Assembly (NCBI GenBank): GCA_902373635.1
Contig: CABKMV010000007.1
Coordinates: 2,020-66,019 of the forward strand
DNA length: 64,000 bases
Direction of reading: 5' to 3'
From: an uncultured Oscillospiraceae bacterium
Lineage (GTDB): Bacteria; Bacillota; Clostridia; Oscillospirales; Oscillospiraceae
The notes under the pieces are model-generated. The model did no database searches, was not told the origin of the DNA, and was given only the letters and a program-made list of their open reading frames with translations. Every line of letters begins with the position of its first letter. The first letter of the stretch is position 1. Positions 17,407-27,718 of this stretch are shown here, one piece after another. Made by a program: the position numbers and the translations under genes.

Positions 17407-18576
17407 TTATGGCTCCTTCTTTTCTCCCGTAGTGCTCTCCGACTGAGCAGGAAGGCTCCCCTCTTCAACCGGGGTGCTGCTGGGGGAGGGCTGCTCCCTG
17501 TGCTGTTCCTCCTGCTCTTTCTTGTGGTGCTCATGGGGGTAGCGGGCAATGCGGGCCACCGTATAGGCCGTGGCGATCAAAGCCACGATGGATAAGATCA
17601 CCTTCAAATAGCCGCTGGTGACGATCATCACCGCGAACAGACCCAGCACGCCGGCCACCATGTACAGCGTGGCCACCGCCTGCTTTTGGTTCATGCCCAT
17701 GTCAATGAGCTTGTGGTGGGTGTGGCTGCGGTCCGCCTTCATGGGATTCTGGCCCTTGAGGATGCGGCGGATAAAAGCGGAGGCCGTATCATAGATGGGA
17801 AAGCCCAGAATGATAAAGGGCACAATAAAAGAGATCATGGCATAGAGCTTGAAGAGGCCCGTCACAGAGACCGTGGCCAGGATATAGCCCAGGAAGGTCG
17901 CTCCGGTGTCGCCCATAAAGATCTTGGCAGGGTTGCGGTTATAGGGGATGAATCCCAGGCAGGCCCCCACCAGGGCCGCGCAGATGACCGCCATCTCCAG
18001 GTTGCCCATCATCAGCGCGATGATCAGCATGGTCAGCGCGCCGATGGTACTCACGCCGTCCGCCAGCCCGTCCAGCCCGTCAATGAGGTTGACGGAGTTG
18101 GTAACGGCCACGATCCAGATGACCGTGATGGGGACAGCCATTACGCCGAAGTCCCAATAGGGCGTGCCGCTGAAGGGAAACGGATTGGCAATGGTCTGGA
18201 TGATCACGCCATGCCACACAGCAATCAGCGCCGCAACGATCTGAAGGATGAACTTGACGCCGGCGCCCAGGGGGTGGGAGTCGTCCACCACGCCTACCGC
18301 CACGATGAGGCAGGAGCCCAGCAAAATGCCCCGCAGAGGGCGGTCAATCTCCGCAAAGAGCAGCACGCTGATCATAAAGCCCACAAAAATGGCCAGGCCG
18401 CCCAGCCTGGGGATGGGATGGTCGTGCATCCTGCGGCCGTCCTTGGGCACGTCCACCGCGCCGATCTTATAGGCCAGGCGCTTCACCAGCGGCGTGGCGG
18501 CGAAGCTGATCAGCATGGATACGCCAAGGGCAAAGATAACAGGCAGTACGCTTGTCCGGTCAAACATGGTATACAT
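17407..18576 (-). CDS. glycosyltransferase family 4, undecaprenyl-phosphate GlcNAc-1-phosphate transferase (WecA/TagO-like)
   Basis: 389 aa, polytopic. MraY/WecA motifs (NSVNLIDGLDGLA, FMGDTG). Abuts the epimerase start. Confidence 0.85.
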   Translation of the reverse strand: MYTMFDRTSVLPVIFALGVSMLISFAATPLVKRLAYKIGAVDVPKDGRRMHDHPIPRLGGLAIFVGFMISVLLFAEIDRPLRGILLGSCLIVAVGVVDDSHPLGAGVKFILQIVAALIAVWHGVIIQTIANPFPFSGTPYWDFGVMAVPITVIWIVAVTNSVNLIDGLDGLADGVSTIGALTMLIIALMMGNLEMAVICAALVGACLGFIPYNRNPAKIFMGDTGATFLGYILATVSVTGLFKLYAMISFIVPFIILGFPIYDTASAFIRRILKGQNPMKADRSHTHHKLIDMGMNQKQAVATLYMVAGVLGLFAVMIVTSGYLKVILSIVALIATAYTVARIARYPHEHHKKEQEEQHREQPSPSSTPVEEGSLPAQSESTTGEKKEP

Positions 18577-18594
18577 TTCTCTGTCCGCCCCCGC

Positions 18595-19599
18595 TTATCT
18601 GGCCACAAAGCCGACTTTTTTGTAGACCTTGCGCAGGGTCTTCTCCGCCACATAGGACGCCTTTTCCGCACCGGCGCGGTAAACGCTCTCCAGGTAGGCC
18701 TTGTCTTTTATCATTCTGGACGCCTCCTCCCGGATGGGGCGCAGCGTCTCCACCACGGCCTCGCCTACGGCGGGCTTGAACTTGCCGTAGCCCTGGCCGG
18801 CAAACTCCGCCTCGATCTCATCATAGCTCTTGCCGGTGACAGCGGCATAGATGGTCATCAGGTTGGCAACGCCCGGCTTGCTTTCCGGATCGTAGCGGAC
18901 ACAGTTTTCCGTGTCGCTGTCGGTGATCGCCCGCTTAAACTGCTTCATGATAATGGCGGGGTCATCCATCAACGTGACGCGGCCAGTGTCTTCGTTTTCA
19001 CTCTTGCTCATCTTGGCTGTGGGATTGGTCAGGCTCATGATCCGCGCCCCCACCTTGGGGATATAGGGCTCCGGCATCTTGAACACATCGCCGTAGATAC
19101 CGTTAAAGCGCTGAACAATATTTCGCGTCAACTCCACGTGCTGCTTCTGATCCTCCCCCACTGGCACATAATCCGGCTGGTAGAGCAGGATATCCGCCGC
19201 CATCAGAGAGGGGTATGTGAAAAGGCCGCCGTTAATATTCTCGGCATTTTTCGCGGACTTATCCTTGAACTGGGTCATGCGGCTGAGCTCTCCAAACATA
19301 GCGTAGCAGTTGAGGACCCACCCCAACTCCGCGTGCTGGTGGACGTGGGACTGGATAAAGAGGGTGTTCTTCTCCGGGTCCAGGCCGCAGGCGATATACT
19401 GGGCCAGCTGTTCCAGGGTACGGCGGCGCAGATCGGCAGGATTCTGCCGCACGGTAATGGAGTGCATGTCCGCCATAAAATAGTAGCAGTCAAACTGGTC
19501 GGCCCGCTCAGCCCAATTTTTGATAGCCCCCAGATAAGAGCCCAGGGTCAGATCACCACTGGGCTTGATACCGGAGAGCATGACTTTTTTCTCATCCAT
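18595..19599 (-). CDS. trpS: tryptophan--tRNA ligase
   Basis: 334 aa. SGIKPSG.LTLG.Y.GA and KMSKS motifs. Confidence 0.92.
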   Translation of the reverse strand: MDEKKVMLSGIKPSGDLTLGSYLGAIKNWAERADQFDCYYFMADMHSITVRQNPADLRRRTLEQLAQYIACGLDPEKNTLFIQSHVHQHAELGWVLNCYAMFGELSRMTQFKDKSAKNAENINGGLFTYPSLMAADILLYQPDYVPVGEDQKQHVELTRNIVQRFNGIYGDVFKMPEPYIPKVGARIMSLTNPTAKMSKSENEDTGRVTLMDDPAIIMKQFKRAITDSDTENCVRYDPESKPGVANLMTIYAAVTGKSYDEIEAEFAGQGYGKFKPAVGEAVVETLRPIREEASRMIKDKAYLESVYRAGAEKASYVAEKTLRKVYKKVGFVAR

Positions 19600-19662
19600 T
19601 GTAACATAGCTCCTTTTATTTTATCCTCATCGCATCATGCGTATATGGCTCAGCAGTTTTTA

Positions 19663-19691
19663 ATTGTACCACAAGCCGTTTGAGTTGACAA
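19663..19691 (-). promoter_or_regulatory. sigma-A-type promoter for trpS
   Basis: Minus strand TTGTCA, 17-nt spacer, TGgTACAAT. Leaves a leader of only about 57 nt. Confidence 0.65.
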
Positions 19692-19743
19692 CCGTCTTCC
19701 CAAGAAAACAGACGCTGGAACCAGGAATTTGTTCCCGCCGCCC

Positions 19744-19772
19744 TTGACCCGCCTCCCCCTTTTCGGTATAAT
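19744..19772 (+). promoter_or_regulatory. sigma-A-type promoter for gltX
   Basis: TTGACC, 17-nt spacer, TATAAT. Confidence 0.7.
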
Positions 19773-19812
19773 AGGGTGTCACACAATACCACCGATACGG
19801 AGGACGACATAT

Positions 19813-21300
19813 ATGATGAACGACGCCCAGTATTTTGCGGATATGGAGGCCAAGATTCCCCACGGGAGGGTCCGCACCCGCTTTGCCCCCTCTCCTACCG
19901 GCTATATGCACGTAGGCAACCTGCGCACTGCCCTGTATACATGGCTGATCGCCCGCAACGCGGGCGGTACCTTCATCCTCCGCATCGAGGACACCGACCA
20001 GGGCCGCCTGGTGGAGGGCGCCACGGACGTGATCTACCGCACCATGGCCGAATGCGGCCTCAATCACGACGAGGGGCCCGACGTGGGCGGCCCCGTGGCC
20101 CCCTATATCCAGTCCCAGCGCCGGGACACCTATGGCAAGTATGCCCGGCTTCTTGTGGAAAAAGGGCACGCCTACTACTGCTTCTGCGAGAAGACGGAGA
20201 GCGAGGAGGATTCCGGCGACTTTGACCGCGCCGCCGACCCCTGCCGGGACTTGGACCCCGCCGCCGCCCAGGCCCGGGTGGACGCCGGGGAACCCTATGT
20301 CATCCGTCAAAAGATTCCTGCCGGAGGATCTACCACCCTCCACGACGCCATTTTTGGCGACATTACCGTGGAGAACAGCACCCTGGACGACCAGGTGCTC
20401 ATCAAGCGGGACGGCCTGCCCACCTACAATTTTGCCAACGTCATCGACGACCATCTCATGGGCATCACCCATGTGGTCCGGGGCAGCGAGTACCTCTCCT
20501 CCGCCCCCAAGTACGACCTGCTCTACCAGTCCTTCGGCTGGTCCGTTCCCACCTACGTCCACTGCTCCCCGGTGATGCGGGACGCCCACAACAAGATGAG
20601 CAAGCGCCACGGCGACCCCTCTTATGAGGACCTGAAGGCACAGGGCTACCTCACAGAGGCTATCCTCAACTATGTGGCCCTTCTGGGCTGGAGCCCCCGG
20701 GGCGATCAGGCGGAGCAGGAGATCTTCTCCCTGGACGAGCTGGCAAGGGTATTTGATATCGCCGGGATATCCAAGTCTCCCGCTATCTTTGATATTGAGA
20801 AGCTGACCCACTTCAACGCCCTCTATCTCCGGGCCATGACGGCGGAACAGTTCCACGCCGTCGCGGAGCCCTATATCCGCCAGGCGGTCAAAAATCCCGC
20901 CCTGGATACTGCTGCTATTGCAGCATTGCTCCAGGCCAGGTGCGAAAAGCTGACGGATATCCCTGAGAAAGTCGCTTTCTTTGAGACGCTGCCCGCCTAC
21001 GGGAAAGACCTTTTCACCAACAAGAAGTCCAAGACCAACGACGAGGTGGCCAGAGCCATGCTGAGGGCCGCGATCCCCGCCCTGGAGGCTCTTCCCACCT
21101 GGGATCAGGAGGGGATCCACGGCTGTCTCATGGGCTTGGCAGAAGAGCTGGGGGTAAAGAACGCCACCCTCATGTGGCCGGTCCGCATTGCGGCGGCGGG
21201 GCAGGCCGTTACCCCCGGCGGAGCCATTGAGATCTGCCAGATCTTAGGCCGCGAGGAGTGCCTGCGCCGGTTGAGGCTGGGTCTGGAGAAGCTGGTATGA
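19813..21300 (+). CDS. gltX: glutamate--tRNA ligase
   Basis: ATG at 19813, 8-9 nt after GGAGG. RTRFAPSPTGYMHVGNLRTALY and KMSKR motifs. The track start at 19729 lies upstream of the promoter. Confidence 0.92.
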   Translation: MMNDAQYFADMEAKIPHGRVRTRFAPSPTGYMHVGNLRTALYTWLIARNAGGTFILRIEDTDQGRLVEGATDVIYRTMAECGLNHDEGPDVGGPVAPYIQSQRRDTYGKYARLLVEKGHAYYCFCEKTESEEDSGDFDRAADPCRDLDPAAAQARVDAGEPYVIRQKIPAGGSTTLHDAIFGDITVENSTLDDQVLIKRDGLPTYNFANVIDDHLMGITHVVRGSEYLSSAPKYDLLYQSFGWSVPTYVHCSPVMRDAHNKMSKRHGDPSYEDLKAQGYLTEAILNYVALLGWSPRGDQAEQEIFSLDELARVFDIAGISKSPAIFDIEKLTHFNALYLRAMTAEQFHAVAEPYIRQAVKNPALDTAAIAALLQARCEKLTDIPEKVAFFETLPAYGKDLFTNKKSKTNDEVARAMLRAAIPALEALPTWDQEGIHGCLMGLAEELGVKNATLMWPVRIAAAGQAVTPGGAIEICQILGREECLRRLRLGLEKLV

Positions 21301-21920
21301 GCTATCTGAAAGAGCAGTATGGCCTGCTGAAGCGGTTTTTGTACTCCGGCTTCGGCAGGATCCTCCGCTGGTGCGCCCTGGCGATGTGCGCCGCCATCGC
21401 GCTGGGCGTGGTAGCTGGCCTTCTCTCCCCCGACATCATCGATATGGTCCTCGCCGCCTTTATGGAGATGGTGGAGGATTCGGGCGTGGTGGATCAGGCC
21501 GGGAATCTCTCCGTGTTTGCCCTGCTGGCCAACAATTGGGGCGCCATGCTCCTGGCTGCAGCCTATGGCTTTATTCCCTTCGTCTTCCTCCCTCTTGTCA
21601 GCCTTATCTCCAACGGTTTTCTCATCGGCCTGCTGCTGGCCTGGTATCACAATAACGGCGTATCCCTTCTGCTGTATCTGGCGGGCATCCTGCCCCACGG
21701 CATCTTTGAGCTGCCCGCCCTGGTGCTTTCCGTGGCCTGCGGCGTCTCTCTCTGCATCAATATGTGCCGGATCGTCACCAGCAGTCCTAAGCGCCTGCCT
21801 CAGATCAGCCTGCTCAGCGACCTGCTGCGGGTCATCGTGCTGCTGGTGGCCCCCTTGACGGTGATCGCCGCGGTCATTGAGTGCTACGTGACGCCAGTGA
21901 TCATGGGCCTTTTCCTGTAG
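21297..21920 (+). CDS. spoIIM: stage II sporulation protein M (DUF95 family)
   Basis: 207 aa, polytopic. GILPHGIFELPA motif. Its ATG overlaps the gltX TGA (ATGA). Confidence 0.7.
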   Translation: MSYLKEQYGLLKRFLYSGFGRILRWCALAMCAAIALGVVAGLLSPDIIDMVLAAFMEMVEDSGVVDQAGNLSVFALLANNWGAMLLAAAYGFIPFVFLPLVSLISNGFLIGLLLAWYHNNGVSLLLYLAGILPHGIFELPALVLSVACGVSLCINMCRIVTSSPKRLPQISLLSDLLRVIVLLVAPLTVIAAVIECYVTPVIMGLFL

Positions 21921-21931
21921 ATCCCTCTCCC

Positions 21932-21980
21932 ATTACATTACAAGATCCCCGGCAGGCCATCAAACCTGCCGGGGATCTTC
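21932..21980. terminator. terminator between spoIIM and lplA (convergent)
   Basis: AAGATCCCCGGCAGG...CCTGCCGGGGATCTT. Confidence 0.75.
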
Positions 21981-21998
21981 TATGATTCTTCTGATGAT

Positions 21999-22997
21999 CT
22001 ATCCATGGCAGAGGATATCCAGAAGCGTGCCGCTGTCCAGCCCTGTGAAATACAGCCCCGCGTCCACCCCCTCCAGGGCGGTGCGGTAATCCTCCTCCAC
22101 CGGGCGCAGGCCGACGAAGCGCCGGGCCAGCTCCTCCGGCTCCACGGTGCTGAAGAAATCGCCCCGGAACTGGAGCGACGTGATGCGGCCCTTGTCCGTC
22201 TGGATGTATGCCTCCACGGTCCCGCATCCCTCTACCCTGCGGCGGCGGAGGAGAGAGCAGGCGGGGGACGCGCCATAGTTCCACTCCCAGGTGTTGTACC
22301 GCTGGGCGCGCAGTTCCTCCACGGCGGCAATGTCCGCCTCTGTCAAAGTATACTCCTCCATGGGCTGGCCCTGGAACATGCTCTCCAGCAGCTTGGACTT
22401 GAACTCCTGCAGGGAGATATCCCTGGGCAGGTGGGGACGCACCGAGGTGACACGGCTCTTGACGGACTTGACGCCCTTGGCGGCGATCTTCTCCTTGTTC
22501 ACATTCAGGGCCTGCCCAACCACCGTCAGGTCGGAGTCGAACATGATGGTACCATGGTGCATGACCCGGCCCTCACGAATATACTGAGAGTTGCCTGAGA
22601 ACTTCTGGCCGTCGATGGTAATATCGTTGCGGCCGTTGACCTGTGCGTCCACCCCCAGGGCGCGGAGGGCGTCCGCCACCGGCTGGCAGAAGAGCTTCAT
22701 GTCCAGCTGCATCCCCTGGGAGGCATCTACAATATAGGTGAAATTCAGGTTTCCCATATCGTGGTAGACCGCGCCGCCGCCGGAGAGCCGACGCACCACC
22801 CGGATCCCCCGCTCCCGGACAAAGTCCTCGTTGATCTCAGCCAGGGTGTTCTGGTGCTTCCCAACGATGATGGCGTTGTCATTCTGCCACAGCAGGAAAT
22901 ACCCCCGGTCTCTGGGCATCTTGTCAAAGACATACTGCTCCAGCGCCAGATTAAAGGTGGGGTCGGTGGTGGATACGTCGATAAATGTCATTGGCAT
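21999..22997 (-). CDS. lplA: lipoate--protein ligase
   Basis: 332 aa. RR.SGGGAVYHD.GNLNF motif and LplA C-terminal domain. Confidence 0.88.
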   Translation of the reverse strand: MPMTFIDVSTTDPTFNLALEQYVFDKMPRDRGYFLLWQNDNAIIVGKHQNTLAEINEDFVRERGIRVVRRLSGGGAVYHDMGNLNFTYIVDASQGMQLDMKLFCQPVADALRALGVDAQVNGRNDITIDGQKFSGNSQYIREGRVMHHGTIMFDSDLTVVGQALNVNKEKIAAKGVKSVKSRVTSVRPHLPRDISLQEFKSKLLESMFQGQPMEEYTLTEADIAAVEELRAQRYNTWEWNYGASPACSLLRRRRVEGCGTVEAYIQTDKGRITSLQFRGDFFSTVEPEELARRFVGLRPVEEDYRTALEGVDAGLYFTGLDSGTLLDILCHG

Positions 22998-23012
22998 ATG
23001 CGGGTTCTCCTA

Positions 23013-24404
23013 TCAGGCACGCTTGGAGGGCATAACATGGATCGCCTGGCCATGGGCGGACTCCACCGCCTCCGTCACCGCCTCCACAAAGGTGGGGTGG
23101 GGCCGCAGGGCGGAGAGAAGCTGGCGGCTGGTGAGGCCGTTCACCACAGCGGTGGTCAGCTCGGCGATCATATCCGTGGCCCGGGGGCACATCATCTGGG
23201 CGCCCAGCAGCACGTCCGTCTCAGCGTGGAACACCAGCTTGATGAAGCTGCGCTCGGTGTGCTCCATCATGGTCTTGGCGTTGCCGCTCATGACGTATTT
23301 GCCGACAACTACGGGAATCCCCTTTTCCTTCGCCTCGTCCGCGGTGATACCGACACAGGCGATCTCCGGGTCAGTATAGACGCAGGAGGGCACCACATTG
23401 GGGTTGACGGAGGGCTCCGTCTTCCCGGCGATATGCTCCACGCAGGCGAGGGCCTGGACCTCGGCAGCGTGGGCCAGCTGCAGCCTGCCGTTGCAGTCCC
23501 CAATGGCGTAGATGCCGGGCACGCTGCTCTCGTACCAGTCGTTCACCTGGATAAAGCCGCGGACCATCTCCGGCGCGCAGCCCTCTTCAAAAACATTGGC
23601 CGTATTGGGCCGGCGGCCAACAGAGATCAGGATGCCGTCGCCATGGACAGCAGCCTCCCCCTTCTTCGTGGTAAAGGTGCAGGTGAGCCCGTCTTTCCCC
23701 CTGCTGATGCCGGAGACCATGGCGCCGGTATGGACCGCCACGCCCCGTTTCTTCAGGATCATAGCCAGATTCTGGCTGATCTCCCGGTCCATCATGGGCA
23801 GCAGCCGGTCCATGGCCTCCACAACGGTCACTTCACAGCCCAGGGCGGAGTAGACGCTGGCCATCTCCACGCCGATCACCCCGCCGCCGATGATGATCAG
23901 ACGCTGGTAGAAGCGGTTGAGCTCCTGGAGCAGCGCGTCGCTGGTGATGACGTCCTTGTCGTCCGCGCCGGGAATGGGAGGGATGCCGGGATAGGACCCG
24001 GTGGCCACCAGGATATTGTTTGCCTCCACCGTCTCCTCCCCCACCGTCACCTTCCCGGGGGCGGGCACCGAGGCCCGGCAGGGATAGACTGTAACGCCGT
24101 TGGCCTTCAGCAGCTGGGCAATGCCGCCGCGCAGCTTCTCAACCGTGTCCTGCTTGTAGTCGTGGATCTTCCCGTAGTCAAAGTTGGGGTTCTCCACAGT
24201 GATGCCCATGGCCCCCAGCTGCTCCAGCCGGCGGTAAGCGTCTGCGGCATGCATCAGCGCCTTGGTGGGAACGCAGCCCCGGTTCAGGCAGGTGCCGCCC
24301 AGGTCGCGCTCCTCCGCCAGAGCCACCGTCAACCCCAGCTGAGCGGCCTTGATGGCCCCCACATAGCCCGCAGGGCCGCCGCCAATGATAAAAATATCGT
24401 ACAT
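23013..24404 (-). CDS. lpdA: dihydrolipoyl dehydrogenase (glycine cleavage L protein)
   Basis: 463 aa. GGGPAGY FAD motif, redox-active GGTCLNRGCVPTK, and a C-terminal dimerisation/HPT motif. Confidence 0.9.
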   Translation of the reverse strand: MYDIFIIGGGPAGYVGAIKAAQLGLTVALAEERDLGGTCLNRGCVPTKALMHAADAYRRLEQLGAMGITVENPNFDYGKIHDYKQDTVEKLRGGIAQLLKANGVTVYPCRASVPAPGKVTVGEETVEANNILVATGSYPGIPPIPGADDKDVITSDALLQELNRFYQRLIIIGGGVIGVEMASVYSALGCEVTVVEAMDRLLPMMDREISQNLAMILKKRGVAVHTGAMVSGISRGKDGLTCTFTTKKGEAAVHGDGILISVGRRPNTANVFEEGCAPEMVRGFIQVNDWYESSVPGIYAIGDCNGRLQLAHAAEVQALACVEHIAGKTEPSVNPNVVPSCVYTDPEIACVGITADEAKEKGIPVVVGKYVMSGNAKTMMEHTERSFIKLVFHAETDVLLGAQMMCPRATDMIAELTTAVVNGLTSRQLLSALRPHPTFVEAVTEAVESAHGQAIHVMPSKRA

Positions 24405-24537
24405 ATTTGCCTCCTGTCATCTCAATCGGGGACCAGGCTCCATCATTTCCCGGTCCCCGATCAAGTCATATCAATTCCGTTGTCTCATTTTTCCGGAGGG
24501 CGCCGGGGCTTCTCCTCTCCCGGCGCCTCCCGTCTCC

Positions 24538-25938
24538 TCAGAAGCTGTAACGCAGCACAGGGTTCCGGGCGGCCCGTACCTCGTCGGGACGGCCGATCTG
24601 GGCGTTATGCGGCGCGTTGTGCATGAACTCGGGGTCCTTGTGGGCCAGCTCGTAGAGCTGGCGGTACACATCGGCGGCCCAGTCCAGGGTCTCCTTGCTC
24701 TCCGTCTCGGTGGGCTCCAGCATCAGGGCCTCGTGGACGATGAGGGGGAAGTACATTGTGGGCGGATGCATGCCGTAGTCGATGAGGGATTTGGCCACAT
24801 CCAGAGCAGACACGCCTGTCTCCTTCTTGAACTCGGCCAGATCCAGCACGAACTCGTGCATGCAGATGCGGTCAAAAGCGGGCTGGAAGGTACCCTTGAT
24901 CTTGGACTGGAGGTAATTTGCGTTGAGCACCGCATTTTGCGCGGCCTCGGGGATGCCCTCCCGGCCCAATGTCATGATGTACGTCAGGGCCCGCACTACC
25001 ACCAGGAAGTTGCCCGCGAAGGAGCGGACCTGGATATGGCCCTCGCCGTCCATCGAAGCGGACTTGGGCAGGAACTTGGCCAAGAAGTCCTTGCAGCCCA
25101 CCGCGCCAGCGCCGGGGCCGCCGCCGCCGTGGGGCGTGGCGAAGGTCTTGTGCAGGTTGGAGTGGATGCAGTCAAAGCCCATGTCGCCGGGGCGGACCAC
25201 GCCCATGACGGCGTTCAGGTTGGCGCCGTCGTAGTAGCACAGGCCGCCGGCCTCGTGGACCAGGCGCGTGATCTCCAGGATGTTCTCATCGAAGATACCC
25301 ACGGTGTTGGGGTTGGTCAGCATCAATCCCGCGGTATCCTCGCCCAGGACGGCCTTCAGGGCCTCCAGATCCACGCAGCCGTTGGGAGCGGAGGCGATGT
25401 TCACCACATCGTAGCCGCACATAGCGGCGGTGGCGGGGTTGGTGCCGTGGGCAGAGTCGGGGACGATGATCTTGGTGCGCTTCTTATCGCCGCGGGAATC
25501 GTGGTACTGCTTGATGAGCAGCACGCCGGTGAACTCGCCGTGGGCGCCGGCAGCGGGCTGGAAGGTGCAGTCGTCCATGCCGAAGATCTCGCACAGATAC
25601 TTTTTAGCGGTATCCAGGACCTCCTGGCAGCCCTCGGTGGTATGGGCTGGGGCCAGGGGGTGAACGCCGGTGAAACCGGGCAGCGCGGCCATCTCCTCGT
25701 CGATACGGGGATTATATTTCATGGTGCAGGAGCCCAGGGGGTAGAAGCCGCAGTTGACGCCGTGGACGTGCTGGTTGAGCTCGGTGTAATGGCGGGAGAC
25801 ATCCGTCTCGCTCATCTCCGGCAAGCGGGGCGCCGTCTCACGCTCCAGGCCGGCGGGCATGGCGACCTGCTCCACATCACAGGCGGGCAGCAGGCTGAGG
25901 CCCCGGCCGGGTACGCTCTTCTCAAAAATCAGTTTCAT
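24538..25938 (-). CDS. gcvPB: glycine dehydrogenase (aminomethyl-transferring) subunit 2
   Basis: 466 aa from MKLIFEKS. The PLP site region is NLHKTF. Its ATG overlaps the gcvPA TGA (ATGA). Confidence 0.92.
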   Translation of the reverse strand: MKLIFEKSVPGRGLSLLPACDVEQVAMPAGLERETAPRLPEMSETDVSRHYTELNQHVHGVNCGFYPLGSCTMKYNPRIDEEMAALPGFTGVHPLAPAHTTEGCQEVLDTAKKYLCEIFGMDDCTFQPAAGAHGEFTGVLLIKQYHDSRGDKKRTKIIVPDSAHGTNPATAAMCGYDVVNIASAPNGCVDLEALKAVLGEDTAGLMLTNPNTVGIFDENILEITRLVHEAGGLCYYDGANLNAVMGVVRPGDMGFDCIHSNLHKTFATPHGGGGPGAGAVGCKDFLAKFLPKSASMDGEGHIQVRSFAGNFLVVVRALTYIMTLGREGIPEAAQNAVLNANYLQSKIKGTFQPAFDRICMHEFVLDLAEFKKETGVSALDVAKSLIDYGMHPPTMYFPLIVHEALMLEPTETESKETLDWAADVYRQLYELAHKDPEFMHNAPHNAQIGRPDEVRAARNPVLRYSF

Positions 25939-27251
25939 CCGGCGCACACCTCCTTCACAATGGCGACGGCCCTGTCCAGGGCCTCCTTGGTCGCCTTCTC
26001 CGTGGCGCACCACAGCACGCCGCCCTCAACAGGCAGGCCGCCCAGGATATCGGCCTCCTCCAGCGCCTTGAGCGCCTCATTGGCCTTTGGCATCTCTGCG
26101 ACAAACTCGTCAAAATACTCTCCCGCGTACTTCAGAGACACGCCGGGGATCTTGCACAGCTCACGGGCCAGGTAGTGGGCCTTGGCCATGGACTGGCGGG
26201 CCGCCTCGGCCATGCCGCTGGGGCCCATCGTGGCCATGTACAGACCGGCGGTCAGGGCGCAGAGGGCCTGGTTGGAGCAGATGTTGCTGCTGGCCTTCTC
26301 CCGGCGGATGTGCTGCTCGCGGGCCTGGAGGGAGAGGACGAAGGCGCGCTCGCCCTTGCAGTCCACTGTCTCTCCCACGATGCGGCCGGGCAGCTTGCGC
26401 ATGTGCTTGGTGGTGGTAGCCATAAAGCCCAGGTAGGGGCCGCCATAGCTGATGGGCATGCCCAACGGCTGGCCCTCCCCCACCGCCACGTCGGCGCCGC
26501 AGTCTCTGGGCGTCTTCATGATAGCCAGGGCGATAGGATTGCAGCCCATGATGTACATAGCGCCGGCGGCGTGGACCGCCTCGCCGATGAGCTCCACATC
26601 CTCAAAGAGGCCGTTGAAGTTGGGCTGCTGGACATAGAAGGAGGCCACGTCGGCGGTGAGCATCTCCCTGAGCGCATCCAGATCCGTCTTGCCGTCCTTG
26701 GCGGGGACAAGGCGCATCTCATCCCCGGTGCCATAACAGTAGGTGCGGATGGTGTTGATGGTATCAGGGTGGGCGGCGGCGGAGACAAGCGTCACCCTCC
26801 GCTTCCGGTCCCGGCACATGGCGGCCGCCTCAGCCGCGGCAGTGGCCCCGTCATAGACGGAGGCATTGGAGACGTCCATGCCGGTCAGCTCGCAGATCAT
26901 GGTCTGGTATTCAAAGATAGACTGGAGAACGCCCTGGCTCATCTCCGCCTGATAGGGGGTGTAGGCGGTCAGGAACTCCTCCTTGGCGGGGATATACTTG
27001 ACGATACTGGGGATGTAGTGGTCATAGGCGCCGGCGCCGCGCAGCACGGTGGAGAACACCTTGTTCTTCGCTGCCATGGCGGAGACAGCACGGCTGACCT
27101 CCAGCTCGCTCATCCCGGCGGGAATATCCAGCGGGCGATCCAGGATCATGCTCTCAGGCACATCCCGGTACAGCTCCTTGTAGTCGCTGAGCCCGATGGC
27201 CTCCAGCATTTCCCGCCGCTGGGCCGGGGTGGAAGGCACATAGCTTCCCAT
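25935..27251 (-). CDS. gcvPA: glycine dehydrogenase (aminomethyl-transferring) subunit 1
   Basis: 438 aa from MGSYVPSTPAQRREMLEAIGL. GAGGAGGG SD. Starts 1 nt after the gcvH stop. Confidence 0.92.
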   Translation of the reverse strand: MGSYVPSTPAQRREMLEAIGLSDYKELYRDVPESMILDRPLDIPAGMSELEVSRAVSAMAAKNKVFSTVLRGAGAYDHYIPSIVKYIPAKEEFLTAYTPYQAEMSQGVLQSIFEYQTMICELTGMDVSNASVYDGATAAAEAAAMCRDRKRRVTLVSAAAHPDTINTIRTYCYGTGDEMRLVPAKDGKTDLDALREMLTADVASFYVQQPNFNGLFEDVELIGEAVHAAGAMYIMGCNPIALAIMKTPRDCGADVAVGEGQPLGMPISYGGPYLGFMATTTKHMRKLPGRIVGETVDCKGERAFVLSLQAREQHIRREKASSNICSNQALCALTAGLYMATMGPSGMAEAARQSMAKAHYLARELCKIPGVSLKYAGEYFDEFVAEMPKANEALKALEEADILGGLPVEGGVLWCATEKATKEALDRAVAIVKEVCAG

Positions 27252-27252
27252 A

Positions 27253-27630
27253 TCAGCCCTCCTCAGCGCAGAAAGCCTCGTAGGCGGCCGCCTCCAGCAG
27301 CTCCTCCTGATCCGTGATATTCTCCACCTTGATGATCCAGGAGCCATAGGGATCGCTGTTCAGATTCTCGGGGGAGTCAGCCAGGTCCTCGTTGACCGCG
27401 CAGATGGTGCCGGAGACAGGGCAGACCAGATCGGAAACCGCCTTGACGGACTCCACATCGCCAAAGGCCTCGCCGGCGGCAACGCTGTCGCCCTCCTGGG
27501 GCAGATTGATGAACACTACATCGCCAAGGGAGTCCTGGGCATAGTCAGAGATGCCGATCACGGCGATGTCGCCCTCCATCTTGACCCACTCATGGGACTT
27601 GGAATACTTCAACTCAGCAGGATGATTCAT
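27253..27630 (-). CDS. gcvH: glycine cleavage system H protein
   Basis: 125 aa. YSKSHEWV and lipoyl-lysine context ESVKAVSD. Confidence 0.92.
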   Translation of the reverse strand: MNHPAELKYSKSHEWVKMEGDIAVIGISDYAQDSLGDVVFINLPQEGDSVAAGEAFGDVESVKAVSDLVCPVSGTICAVNEDLADSPENLNSDPYGSWIIKVENITDQEELLEAAAYEAFCAEEG

Positions 27631-27718
27631 AGTGTGATACCTCCAAAATATAGTTTTTTGTCCTTATTCCCTCCGGAGCGGCGTTTCCGCCGCCCCGGAG
27701 CAGAGATAACCGTTTTTA

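Noticed and set aside
19600-19812. A T-box leader upstream of trpS, which is common in Firmicutes.
   Set aside because: A good promoter (TTGTCA-17-TGgTACAAT) lies only about 57 nt from the ATG. There is no room for Stem I or an antiterminator, and no GGTGGTACCGCG-like T-box sequence.
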